64,000 nt of DNA, taken from assembly GCF_008831285.2 (NCBI RefSeq), contig NC_045138.2, positions 2,852,001 to 2,916,000 of the forward strand, in the 5' to 3' direction. Shown here in pieces: positions 16,080-28,774 of the stretch (positions are counted from its first letter, which is position 1; the number at the start of each line of letters is the position of its first letter). Source of the stretch: Nymphaea colorata (taxonomy: Eukaryota). The position numbers and the translations under genes are program-made. The notes under the pieces are model-generated. The model saw only the letters and a program-made list of their open reading frames with translations. It ran no database searches and had not been told where the DNA came from.

Positions 16080-17035
16080 TAATGTAACCCTTTTTTTTTT
16101 ATGAGAGATGGAGCAAACAAGAACCCGATAAACAGGACAGTACGTTTAGTGATATCGACGGTAACGCAAAAATATACTTCTCTTTTTGCATCTCCAATAA
16201 ATGATACATAGAAAAATACAAGCATTTTTTTTACATATATCTATAGGTGGATTTCCCTCAAGACAACAATTAAGCTACGGAATTATCTATTTTTCACAAA
16301 TATACTCACTTTTCTTGCACAGCTTTCTAGCACTAATAAAAATTCAGAGTAGCATTTCCAATTTTGGTATTAACAAAACTAAGCTAATTCAAACAAAATC
16401 AAGCTGCCCTAACAACTTTGACTTAAAGAGGTCTAGAGTTCGACTCCCGACATGCAAAATTTAGTCAATTTAATTAATGAGTGTCTACCTAAACCTCAAT
16501 AGAAGACTTAAAAAAATAGGGAAAACAGTAAAAAGACAGGATTATGAACCTCTCATATGCTTCATCATGGGAAATATAAAAGAAATGAATTGGTGCCCAG
16601 AATCGGCCATGAATCTCTCTCGAGAACACACGGAACGCCATTTGGGTAGCGTTCAGAGGAATGACGATCGATATTCCCGTTTATGAGTATCATGAAAGGG
16701 CAGTGCAATGTCGATCATCGTGTTTGAAGCACAAAATTCTACATGTTTTCTTCTTTGACTGCCAAAAGGATGATCTTAAATCCAGCGGGCTGTATTTTTA
16801 ATTATTGTTATAATATTGTTAATTATTATTGTTTTCTTGGCGACAGGTTTTTGGTCAGCTCAGCTGTTGCTAGATGAGTGAGGAAACGAGCTCACATGAA
16901 TTTATGATTTTTCGTTTTTTTTTTCCTGGAATTTCCGTGGTTTCATTGAATTTTTTGTCCTTGACCGACCTTATCCTATTTGTTTGTCAAAAGATAGCGA
17001 CAGTAAAACATATAATTGTCAAAAGATAGCAACAG

Positions 17036-17037
<2 letters not shown>

Positions 17038-17114
<77 letters not shown>
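17038..17114. repeat. (AT)n(AG)n compound microsatellite
   Basis: Read directly. Similar tracts occur at ~9904-9942, 20149-20212, 20545-20581, 23543-23585, 25774-25823, 45893-46102 and 50630-50669. Confidence 0.95.
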
Positions 17115-17119
<5 letters not shown>

Positions 17120-18059
17120 TGGCTATTCAAAGTCATTCAACCGATTTGAAACATATAGATATTAAAAGAAAAAGAAAAAGTCTAAAATAATACCAGAGGA
17201 CAAAAATATCCATAATTTTTTTCTTTGATTTACTACTATGACTATTGTTTATATCGATGACCCTAATTAGATGGTTGAATGAATCTAAAAAACCAGAGTT
17301 ACATATATATGTGTCTGTGAGAGAGAGAGAAATTGATAGGTACTTAACACTTAGTTGCATAACCCATAAAGCATCATATTGGTTATTTATTTTTTCAAGA
17401 TGGAAGACTCACAGAAAATCAAAGAGAAAAATTGTTAGTTAATGTTATATGACTAAAATAAATATTCTATCTTTTTTTTTCTCATTAATTTTTTTTTTAA
17501 AACCTTTCACCCTGAAAAGATCGACTGTTAAGATAATTCGTTATATACCAATTTTTTTTATATATATGTGTGTGTGAAGTCTGTCACCAAAAACATTATA
17601 AACTTGCTAATGTTGCTCCTATAACAATGGTATTTAATCTACTGATATTTAATTTTTACTCATTTGTTAGCATCTGGCATCTAGCATATTTAATATATAT
17701 AATATTTTATATGTGCATCATAACGTTTAAGTTGTTTTTCACAAACATAATTATATAAATAAGTAAAAGACATTAAATATATTATTAAAAAGTTAAAATT
17801 CTGATGTATGAATCGAATTATACGAGTTGGGAAGCTTAAATCAATCTTTTTTTTAATTTTATAAAATCTAATTTATATATTGATCGGAGGATTTTCTTGG
17901 ATTAATATTTTTTTTGAAAGGTGCTATTGTGATGGTACTAAGGGGTATTGAGTTAGGTTGAGCCTTTGAGAGTTACTAGTTGGTAGCTAATGTGGTAAAG
18001 TTTTTACCTTTTTTTTTCTTTCTCTTTGTTTCTTAACTAATAGTCTTGGTTTGTTTGTC

Positions 18060-18170
18060 CGTGACAGGTTTGGGAAGATCGCAACAACCAAATGTTCAAA
18101 AACTCGACAACGAGTGTTGCTTCTATCAGATGCATTGTGAAGGCAGAAATCCACCTCATGCTTTGCATTG
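18060..18170 (+). mobile_element. Short LINE ORF2 C-terminal remnant
   Basis: Reads VWEDRNNQMFKN, resembling the plant LINE W-x-E-R-N-x-R-x-F motif. No other LINE parts seen. Confidence 0.4.
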
Positions 18171-20146
18171 ACCACATGATGACTTCTTCTTTTGATTATT
18201 TCTTTCTCTCCCCTCCTCCTCTTGCTTTTGTTCTTGTTATGGTTATGTTCTTTAGAATTTTTTTGTGCTGCTTTGTTTGCTAATTTTTTCTTTACGTCCC
18301 TTTTATTGTCTTTTATGCTTTTGTTGATTGGTAATGTGTGAAAGGGGCAGAGGCAGAAATTTTTCATGAAAAATGCCAAATTAAAATTTTAAAATTTTAA
18401 CATGGTTCAAAATCGTTTTTCAAAATTTTTATATAAAACAAGTGAAATTTTCTAAAATTTATATGTAAATTAAAAAAAATCTAAGGTGGGGTCACGGCCC
18501 ATGCAAGCCCTCTTGGCTTGGCCCTTGATGCCTAGTCTCCAAAGTTTTGTCGTCATAAATTTCTTTGTCAGTTCTTTCTTTCTCTCTCTAGCTATTATGA
18601 GCACCATAATGGAGGTTAAGCATTATAATTGAGATCGTTGTCGTAAATTAAATGCACCGCATTGTTATCAATTTGAAGATAACATAAAAAAAAAAGATGA
18701 TTAAAACTGTAGAGCACCTAAGAGATTGTGATTAATTTATTTGATCTTCTTTGTTCTATGTGTTATGAATTATCAACGCGATTTTGTCATGAGCTAATTA
18801 ATTATGTATTATTTCGTTAGTTGATCCGCATTTATAATAAAAAAAATTTGGATTTTTTTCGGGAATATCATGAAAGTTGAAAAAACTGTCATTCAAACAC
18901 ATCTTTAATTTCTGTGCCTAGAATCTGCCGATGGCGCCAATGGTAAAAAAAAACCAACATAAATTAATGTGATGTGTAGGATTTACTGAAAAAAAATAAG
19001 TTTTAAAATAATATAAAAAATCAAGTCCAAGGCTCACAACTCTTAAAATAATATAAAAGAACTTAAGTGTTCAAAGAAGCAATTGGATTTGAATAGGATC
19101 CGTGTAGAAATAATACAAAAGTTCAATTTCTCTTTGGGTTTGGGTGGTTGAGTTTCACAACGAAAACACTAGGAATGTCGATGGTGCAAACATAATCTAA
19201 TGTTTGATTCATTTTCAGATTCGACTACTAAGCTTTTGTAAGAAAATTTTAGATTGGTTTAGTAAATTGGATATGGATTTGTTGTATGATTTTTTTTTTC
19301 AATTTGGACTGGATATCCAATTTCAATGAAGAGCTCCAGGTCTTTTTTTTCGAATGATAAATTGTAAGTTGATTCGATAAAAAGTTGGACTCGGGCCAGC
19401 TCGACACAAAAAAAATTAGCTGGAGGAAAACTTGTTTAAACAAACTCAAATCTGGTGGGGGCACTTTTATATATATATATATATATAAATAAATATTTAA
19501 GATTTTAATTTAAATGTAATTATGCCATTTTGGCCTGCCACCTGAAACCTAGGCTTGAGCCTGGCTTGACACCCGAAATCTGGGCCCGTCGAGCCCAATC
19601 AATTTAAATTATAAAATATATATTTTAAAATAAAATAATATATAAAATATTAAAAATTTAATAAAATACAATAATTATATATTAAAAATAATAAAATATA
19701 CATTAAAAATTATTATCGGGTGAGCTTATTGGCCCATCTGACCAGCTCGATAACATTTTGAGCCGGTTTGGTGCCTGGGCTCAAACGAACCCGAGTTAGG
19801 AGAGTATCAGTACCCACCACCCACGAGGTTTCAATCTTAATAAATTGTCAACCTCCTACCCAATAAAAAATAAAAAACATATGTTGTCAAATTATAGAAT
19901 CCAAATTTCTAGTGCATGCTCTGTTCCAGCCAACCGTTTTGGGGCAGCTGCCGATGGCTGGGTAAGCGTGGGCTGCAAATAGGTCACATCTGGTTTGGAC
20001 ATCTTGTCATTTTCAATCACTAAGCATTTAGCTGTCGCCGATTCAACCCATTTAAAACTTTGTCTGATTTTATGTTCATGCACATTCACACAGACAAGTG
20101 CATCTGCCCATTCAGGTGTTGTTTTATTGGGATCAAATTTGTGTTG

Positions 20147-20213
<67 letters not shown>

Positions 20214-20542
20214 TTGGTAAAAACTAGGCAGAAAAACAACAGACCCCTTAAAATCAACTATTCTTATTATTATTATTTTTTTGCAATCTAACCTTATGGT
20301 TATGGATATGATTTAAGAGTAATTTGGTGAGAAACAGACCTTAAGTTAGTAGTTTTTTTTTCTTAAATAACATTTTTTAATAATAAAAAAATGAACTGTT
20401 CATACAACATCAAAATTTGGACAGTAAAAAGATTTTTTTTACAAAAATACTTAAACTAAAGCATGATTTATATTAAAGCATGATTTATATTAAATTAGCA
20501 TTTATATGGTTTTTATCCCTTACTCAATGGTCTGGTATCTAT

Positions 20543-20584
<42 letters not shown>

Positions 20585-21934
20585 TGATTTATATTAAATT
20601 AGTGTTTATATGGTTTCTATTTCTTACCCAAGTGGTTCGGTATTCGGTATGTACCAAACACAATATATATATATCCCTGCAGTCTGGTATCTACGCAGTT
20701 GGCAACAATAATGTATTCTCATGTTTTAGATAACAGAGAAAGAGATTAATATTCAAACTGTGACACATTTAAGAGATTGCAGTCGTCTTATTTTATTTAA
20801 TTTTTCCTTTGGTGGTATGAATTATCAAATCCATTTTGTCTTAAAGCCAATTAATTCCACATTATAATTTAGTTAGTTGGTTAAGGTTCATAATAAAAAA
20901 ATTTGGGTCTTTTCTTATTAAAGAATCATGGAAGATGCATCTAGAACTAAATCTAAGAAACAGTCTTTCAAGATGTTTAAATTCAGAAAACAAGGGTTCA
21001 GTTGAAGTCAATGGCATCAAAGTAATAACTAGATGGTGGTATGCATAATCATTTGTACGACAGCAGACCGCTCGTCATGTGTGTGCCGATATCAAGTGGA
21101 GCTAAGCCTCGGCATTGAGTCGTGTACCTAATACTTGGCTCGACTTAGGCTCGGAAAAAAGGCATCGGATTGACCCGATAACTTAGTGGACCGGCCCGGG
21201 TAGGCCAGACTAAGCCCGGTTCAACCCGATAAGATTTTTTTAATATTAATTTTATTGTTTTTTATATATTATAATATTTTATTATGATTAATTATTTTTA
21301 TATATTATTTTATATTAATATACATATTTTTTAGTTTTAATCGGACTAAGATTGGGCTCGGGTTTTAAGTGTCGGATCGGCCTGAAAAGCAGGCTTAGGT
21401 GGAGCCAGTAATTTTTTCGTTGCACAGATCAAACTATAGTTTCACAATTTTAAAAGGAGCTGTAATAAAAACTTTGAGAATATTTTTAAAATTTACATAT
21501 AAATTTTTTAGTGTGCAAAGTGGTGGTTGTCGTTAGTATTCAGTTGAGGTCTGTCACTTAGGTAAAGACTGAAGAGGTTAATTGCAACAAGACTCTGTGA
21601 TCACATGCACTGTTTACACATTGGTTATATTGCTTGGATATACAATGAATCCAACCAATTTGAACTTGACTTGAACTTGTTTGTGTATGCTCAACTTGAG
21701 CTTAACTTGAACTTGCTTGAGTTATGAGTTATACAAGAGTCGAGTTTGAGTTCAAACTCGACTTGACTCGTGTCTTTCCTGTTTGTTAATCTTTGTTTGC
21801 CGATAATTTTTTTTTATATAAATTTTTAACACTCTTTCCATGGTTTCATTTTTATTAAAAAAAAGAATCAAGTAACACATGCTTAAATGAATTGAGCCAA
21901 ACAATACAAAACCCAGCCAAACTCGAGTTGAACT

Positions 21935-22782
21935 TAAGGCTGGGTGTAATACCCCAGAAGTTTAGTCCTGTATCGAAGATTGTGAGGGATTTTCAAGGGC
22001 TCATAAAGGGAAGCTTTAATGAGAAGATTGTCCTGATTACTAGCTTTTTTTTAGGATTGAAACCGAAATTGCTAGGGGGCGGGTTGGGATCCGCCGAAGT
22101 AGGAGCCCGAGCCCAGAAGTGGGTTGGGTTGTTATAGTGGTATCAGAGCAGTTTCAACACTCGGACCTGGGGTCTCACACGCGCGGACGCGTGTACCTTA
22201 AGGGGGGTAGATTGTAATACCCCAAAAGTTTAGTCCTGTATTGAAGATTGGATTGTGAGGGATCTTCAAGGGCTCATAAAGGGAAGCTTTAATGAGAAGA
22301 TTGTCCTGATTCCTAGCCTTTTTTTAGGATTGAAAACGAAACTGTTAGGGGGCGGGTTGGGATCCGCCGAACCAGGGGCCCGAGCCCAGAAGTGAGTAAG
22401 GTTGTTATACTGGGTGTCAGATCAGGTACCTAGCCTGACTCGCGCCCGAAAAAAGGCATCGGGGCCGGCTCAGGTGGGCCTGACTAAGCCTTGTTTGACT
22501 CGATAATTTTTTTTAATATTAATTTCATTTATATATTTACATATATATATAATTATAATATTTTATTACAATTATTTATATTTATATAATATTTTACATA
22601 AAAAACACACTTTTAATTTTATCAAGCAAAGCTGAATTGGGTTCGAGCTTGGGGTTTGGGTGTCGAGCCAAGCCCGGGCCCGGATTTCGGGTGTTAGGCC
22701 AGGTCCAGGCCTGGGTTTTGGGTATTGGATGGACCCCAGCCCGACTCCTTATCGTGCTGCGCCGGACCGATTCCCAGGTCTA
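21935..22782. mobile_element. hAT-type MITE (GC-rich GCCCG ends, AT-rich core) hosting a TRIM in its left terminus
   Basis: Ends TAAGGCTGGG... / ...TTCCCAGGTCTA; degenerate 8-bp TSD GTTGAACT / ACTGAACT. Related copies at ~19540-19800, 21105-21400, 41310-41550 and 46705-47005. Confidence 0.65.
21945..22409 (+). mobile_element. TRIM (terminal-repeat retrotransposon in miniature)
   Basis: LTRs 21945-22136 and 22213-22409 (TGTAATACCCC...TGTTATA); PBS TGGTATCAGAGC 22138-22149; PPT AAGGGGGGTAGA before LTR2; perfect 5-bp TSD CTGGG. Confidence 0.93.
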
Positions 22783-23540
22783 ACTGAACTCCAGCCGAGA
22801 TCCGCTCACTCGTAACTTCCTGCATAATCTGCCCTTCACTTGACTCGTATAAAAGAAAACAAATAAGTGTAGCTCGTAGCCGAAATATTTATGCCCTAAA
22901 TTTCCCACTAGTTAACAGTTAAAGACGATTACTCAGAGTGTAGTTAAGATATGGACATGATCCACAAGCATCCAGTAAAATTTGAGTGCAGGAGGAGTAT
23001 GGTGCGAGGGCGTCAAATGGTTTGGATTTTTCTTCCAACGAGTGACCCGAATCTTTATATTGGGGTATCACTAGGGATGTCCACCCTAAGATACAATCTA
23101 ATGTTCTGATTCATATGCAGATTTAACTGGTTGGATTTCATAAGAAAATCAAAGGAAAACTATATGGAGGTTTGTTATCGTATTTCATACCCAATTGCGG
23201 TGGACACCTGAATCAGATTACATGGAAAATTTTGGATGATTAGTATTTGTATACCTAAATCTGAATAAGACTTCGTTACTAATAAACAATACCAAGTTAC
23301 TCAATTATGCTCATGTTATCTGCGATCCAAATTTAATTAGTTAATGTCCCTAAGCAGTGATTCTATTTCTTTCTATCAGAAATTTTCTGACTTTTATTGT
23401 CAAAATAAAAAAGTTGTTAAATACAGCAAAGTCAGCCATGGTCCACTGTCGTGGCGAACAAGCGAGTGGCCCCCACCATTTGAGAGATAAAAGGGCACGA
23501 AGTTTTTCAGTAGATATTCACTCAGGCGCATGTTTGAGCC

Positions 23541-23586
<46 letters not shown>

Positions 23587-24692
23587 CAATTCATCGTTGA
23601 TCAAGAGAAAGAGAGGGAGAGAAGGAGGGCTCTGCTGGGCCTGGGGAGTTTGTGGACTTCATTTTTACGCTTCTTCTCTTCTCTTCTATTCTGCTGTTCG
23701 CAGCACTCAATTGCAGCTTTCTTCTTCTTGAGTTCTCCTTTCTTTTTCGATCACAAAGGGAACTCCACGGGCGAGGGATGAAGATATATTGGTTCCATCC
23801 AACGAGCTAGAGGTTGAGCATAAGGTCTATGATGGAGTTGATATCTGAATACAAGTGAAACTTTTGGGGATAATACAGATAAGATTGTCCATGACGTCAT
23901 GTTAACAAGGTAAGGTGAAACTTGAATATAGTGTACATGAGGCTTTGGTACAATGTCTAAAGAGTAGTTATCGCAAATTATATAATGTATTCATTTGCTG
24001 ATCTTTAGTTACTCCTTTTGGTTATTTATATGTTAGCTAGGTTTTCACTAGAATGTAAGAAACTACTTTTTTAATAGTCTAGTCACTAATCTAGGGTTAC
24101 GACTACCACTGCAACAGACAGGCTTAAATTATTTAAGAGGATGCCTTGTTCTTGTTCACCAGTATCCGTCTAATTATTTACATTTTTATGTGCATGGTAA
24201 TGCCTAATGCTAATTCCTCACTCATTGTAAATTATCACATATCTTAAAAGTTTCCTTTGATCGTGTGTTTCTAAGTATATTATTATTCAAAATGAACTGT
24301 CACATCCATAATATCCTAAAATATCATCAAACGGCATCTTTTGTGGATACAATTGTCTTTCAAAATCTCACATTTTCTCATAAATAATACATCATTTGAG
24401 GCAATATTTTCTTTTTGGCTTAATATAATTTTATTGAAAAATACAACCTAAAAAAGAAAGACATCTTCACCCCTAGGTGTAGTGAAAGAGATCGCAAGGA
24501 TATATAGAGGCTCGAGTAATAGCTTTGACCAATCAAGAGAATAGAGAGAGAGAGAGAGATACCTCATACTATTTTCTATAGTTTCTCTTCTTCTTCTTTT
24601 ATATAAATGCTTCTTCTGTTGTTCTTTCATGTCTCTCTTCTTCAAAACTAATTCATTATCAACTCTCTTTCATCATGTTTTTTGTTCCTTTA

Positions 24693-24915
24693 GGTTGTGT
24701 TTGATCGGAGGATATTAAAAGACATGTTTTTAGAGATCTTCAGTTTAAAACTGAGGATCTTAATAGCATGAATTTCAAATTCATGCTACATGTTAAAAAC
24801 CATGAATTTAAGATCGAATTTGTGGGAAGATGTCCGATCTTAAATCCATGAATTTGAGATATTTGAGTTTTCATATCACCATGGATCTTAGATCTACGTT
24901 GAACCAAACACGACC
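24693..24915. mobile_element. Tourist-like MITE
   Basis: TIRs GGTTGTGTTTG / CAAACACGACC; flanks TTA and TAA. Confidence 0.6.
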
Positions 24916-25214
24916 TAAAAGGAAAAAAAACAAGATCCATGCTACATGTTTTAGTCTTACGCGTTCAATTTTGCACTTATGGTCTCAAGAATGCACTCTC
25001 CCTTTAGTCTTGTTTTTTTTTTCTTGATCGATTTCAGGTTTGCACTTATTGGTATTCTTCATCTTCTTTTCTTCCTCCTTTATGAACTTCAATAACAAGT
25101 GTTGAAATCAGCAACACGATCAAGCAACCAAAACAAGAAACCTTTCATTCTTCGTCAATTTCGCAGCTTTTTTTTCAATCGTGTTCATGTCCTCGTAATT
25201 GCTGTTGTTTGTAG

Positions 25215-25664
25215 CTAAGAGCTGTAGGTTCAGGTGGTTCACTCACCTTGAACCTACGCTTAACAGGAGGCCCTTTTCAGAGGAGGGGGAAGAAAGCGTT
25301 CTTAACGCCGGCCTCCGCAAGGAGATCAAAGACGGGTTTCCTGTGTTGCCGCAGCAGATGGCGGCAGCTTCTTCGGCATTTCCGGCATCGGAGATCACTG
25401 GAAAATCCATGGGCAAAATCCCTCGTAACTTTCTTAGTTTGAGTGTTGAGGAATGCAGTTATGGAGTGACAACATTCCTCAACACTCAAACTAAGAAAGT
25501 TACGAGGGATTTTGCCATGGATTTTCCGGTGAGTAGCTATGGGGAGTCTGCAGAAGTTCGGGGTTATCAACAGCCAAAGCGAGGAAACAGAGACAGAGGA
25601 GTCCTGCACCATGCACAAGAATGTTGGGTTCATAGACTTTCTTGGACCAAGTAAAAACATGTAA
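25215..25664 (+). pseudogene. R2R3-MYB (subgroup 21-like) terminal-exon pseudogene
   Basis: After a TGTAG acceptor (25214): KSCRFRWFTHLEPTLNRRPFSEEGEESVLNA, matching the R2/R3 junction (cf. GKSCRLRWFNQLDPRINRRPF). Most of R3 is deleted. The subgroup-21 C-terminal FxDFL motif (KNVGFIDFLG) is in another frame. No intact first exon found. Confidence 0.75.
25395..25532. repeat. Near-perfect ~60-bp inverted repeat with a 17-nt loop
   Basis: Arm 25395-25455 equals the reverse complement of arm 25473-25532 apart from one substitution and one extra G. Confidence 0.95.
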
Positions 25665-25773
25665 TTCGCAATTGTCCTCTATGCTAAGGAACTTTGTGGG
25701 ACTCGATAAAATTCTCACTCCACAATAATTGGAATAACCCGAGAAATAAAATTATGTGAGTGAACAGACAGTA

Positions 25774-25823
<50 letters not shown>

Positions 25824-25855
25824 GTTCATGATAACATTCAAGGTCTTCTGGCAGG

Positions 25856-25970
25856 GTCGTGGGCCGCCGCGGCCATTTCCGGCGTCTCGAAGCTTCCGAG
25901 CCAGATTCGCGACTTCTTTCCCGGCTCCCGGATCTCTGACATCCACTTCCCCCGCCGGACGCCCCGGTTG
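25856..25970 (-). pseudogene. Truncated AP2/ERF domain (ERF021/ERF022-like) at the end of the kinase pseudogene
   Basis: [38 protein letters not shown] versus family consensus [41 protein letters not shown]. Three codons are missing and the domain ends after AHD. Confidence 0.85.
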
Positions 25971-26790
25971 TTCGCCCCTGACGAGCAGTCTCCCTCTCCG
26001 TCGTCGCCCCGATGCAAATTGCTTTCCCAAAACTTCTCGAGCCGAGGCTCCATCAGGTCCACTGATGAGGCTTCTTCCTCATCAACTCCGGGATTTGGAG
26101 GTTAGGAGTGCCAATTGGCTAACGTGCCCCAAAGATGGGACCTCAGACCTGCTCCCCTGTTTCGTTGTAAATTGACGCATGTCAAGCTCCAACGGTGGAC
26201 AGCGCAACCCTGTCCATTGGTGTGAAGCCCCATGAACCTCTGCATTAACTCCGGAGACGGAGGAGTCAAGAATGACTTGTGATTCCTGTTTCTCTCTTCT
26301 TCCGGAATCAGAACCATATCCACGAAATTCCTTGTCAGTCCAAGAACCCTACAATGTAAACAACAAAATGAAAAAGCATGATCATCAAGATGGAAACTGC
26401 TACAAAATGACCAAACTCATTTAGCCAGAAAAGATGCTCCACAATGGGCATTTCTCAAAAGATTGTCGGCAAAAGAAATGGTGGAGCTAAGACTGTTGAC
26501 AAAAGCTAGAGAGGCTGAACAAGATGCTAAACTTTGCATTTTCGTAACAAATCAGCATCTTGATCAGAATATAACAGGCAATTTCAGTAAACCAAGCATC
26601 AGCAAATAGACCATCATCAAACTGCCGATTAAGTAAAACCGTATAAGAAAATGTTTCTAGTTTTAGTAGATAGCGCCCTGTCCTGCAGCTTATGTTCTAG
26701 AAGAAGCATTTAAAGTATGTAGTACATGCGTTTAAAGAATGCAAATAAAATGAAATATTTTGGAAATCTATGCAATTTGCAGAAGGATCA

Positions 26791-26970
26791 AGGGCGCTTA
26801 GTTTGTATATAAAGGATAAGGAGGCTTAGTCTGTTCAGAAAACAGACCAAGCAAGCCTAATTTTTAGGAAAATGGAATGAGAGGCTTAATTTGTAGAAAA
26901 AATAAACCAAGGAGGCTTTATTGGTAGAGAAAAGGTATAAAGAGGCATAATCTGTAGGAAAATGACTAAA
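26791..26970. repeat. Degenerate ~30-bp tandem repeat (about 6 units) in the last kinase intron
   Basis: A GAGGCTTA(A/G)T(T/C)TGTA-like core recurs roughly every 30 bp, each followed by an A-rich segment. Confidence 0.65.
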
Positions 26971-28070
26971 GATGCTGAAGTGGCTAAATCTTGGACAAGA
27001 AGAATGCTTCCTAATGAACAATACTGAAAGTTACCTGCATGAACTGTAGTGAAAATTTTCTCGTTCTCTTATCAGGAGTAATGGTAGAGAGGATCTGGAC
27101 AACTTCAGCCATTGTAGGTCTTAGATCTGGATCAAAGTTGAGACATTCTCGTGCCAACTGAGACATCACAAGTACTTCCACTTCTGGAAATTGTCCTTTA
27201 AGCAGAGGGTCAGTTAGCGCCTTTACCACATGTTTGCTGTCCTTCAGTAAAGATAACGCCTGTAACACAAGGCCAAGAAATTTTTCAACTTAATCATTGT
27301 AAACTGTTTGAATAAACACTACGAAAACTCATAATTGAGGCAATCATGCCATGGAAAATGGGAGAACTAAGGCTGGACCCCCTGGCCAGCACCTGGATCT
27401 CTTCAAGCTTGTTAAAAGCCAAAGCAATGCAATATTAGAATAAGTTTCCATAGTATCAATCGCATCATTTTATGTAGGAGTCCTAGCCTATCAGCTGAAG
27501 TGCCAAACAATCATACTGGAGTGGAGTTGAGCTGGAATGGGAATGCATGTCAACAGCATCTTCTCCAGTATTTAGTTGAAATTGGCACATCTTCACTCCC
27601 ATCATCACTCTTATCAACCAACTCTGCTGCATCCAAACAACCAAGGATACAGGTTGTTTGGACAATAGCCACCAAATATCATTAATTCTTCGTTTTAACT
27701 TTTCTTTTGAATACCCAGAGAGAACTTAGAATCGGTGATAAAACAAAAAACAACCTAAACAGACCAGGCTTACAAGAGTAGCATCCCTGGTCCCTTTTAT
27801 TGAAGAAGTTGCGCAGGTATAAATGGCACAGAAGCATGTAGAGGTTGCGATTTAAGCTCAATGACCCACAAATGTTCAGAGCTCCCAAAATAAGGAATGT
27901 TTGTTATGTAGAAAACACTTGGACCAAATCATGCTCAAAGTAAACAGAGATACATGAAATATAGGTGTTGTTGAAACCATCAGAATATTATGAGGTATCC
28001 AACGAAGCATCAGGTTGCTGCAGGAACTTAGTGAAAAAATAAGACCATTTTGTAGCTTACCCACATCACG

Positions 28071-28774
28071 TGTAACAAGCCGACCCACTCCCGGGCTCAG
28101 GCCCTTGGTTCGACGGATCCCAACCCGCCCTCTAGAAGTTTTGGCTCCAACTTGAAAAAGGCTAGTAACCAAGACAATCTTCTCATCAATGACCATATTT
28201 ATAAACCCTTGAAGATTCCTCACAATACGGGACTAAACTTCTGGGGTGTTACAATCTACCCCCCTTAAGGCACACGCGTCCGCACTTGTGGGACCCTAGG
28301 TCTGAGTGTTGAACCGGCTCTGATACCACTGTAACAAGCCGACCCACTCCCGAGCTCGGGCTGCTGGTTCGGCGGATCCCAACCTGCCCCCTAGTAGTTT
28401 TGGCTTCAACCTGAAAAAGGCTAGGAACCAGGACAATCTTCTCATCAATGACTCCCTTTATAAACCCTTGAAGATTCCTCACAATCTTCGATACGGGACT
28501 AAACTTCTGGGGTGTTACAATCTACCCCCTTAAGGCACACGCGTCCGCACGTGTGGGACCCTAGGTCTGAGTGTTGAACCGGATCTGATACCACTGTAAC
28601 AAGCCGACCCACTCCCGGGCTCGGGCTCCTGGTTCGGCGGATCCCAACCGCCCCCTAGTAGTTTCGGCTCCAACCTGAAAAAGGCTAGGAACCAGGACAA
28701 TCTTCTCATCAATGACCTCCAATCGAAGATTCCTCACAATCTTCGATACGGGACTAAACTTCTGGGGTGTTACA
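28071..28774 (-). mobile_element. Tandem-array TRIM: 3 LTRs and 2 internal domains, same family as 21945-22409
   Basis: LTRs 28071-28253, 28330-28519 and 28595-28774, each TGTAAC...GTTACA. Each internal domain has a PBS (TGGTATCAGA on -) and a polypurine tract. Perfect TSD TCACG at 28066-28070 and 28775-28779. Confidence 0.95.

Noticed and set aside
21945..22409. Possible Cassandra TRIM
   Set aside because: No 5S rRNA-like A-box/C-box sequence recognised in the LTRs.
23750..23850. KGNSTGE/DEDILV as a possible MYB first-exon remnant
   Set aside because: Needs a frameshift, lacks the invariant Trp and has no following helix motif.
25277..25660. 127-aa minus ORF sharing KIPRNFLSLSVEEC with the plus ORF
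   Set aside because: An artefact of the inverted repeat, not an independent gene.
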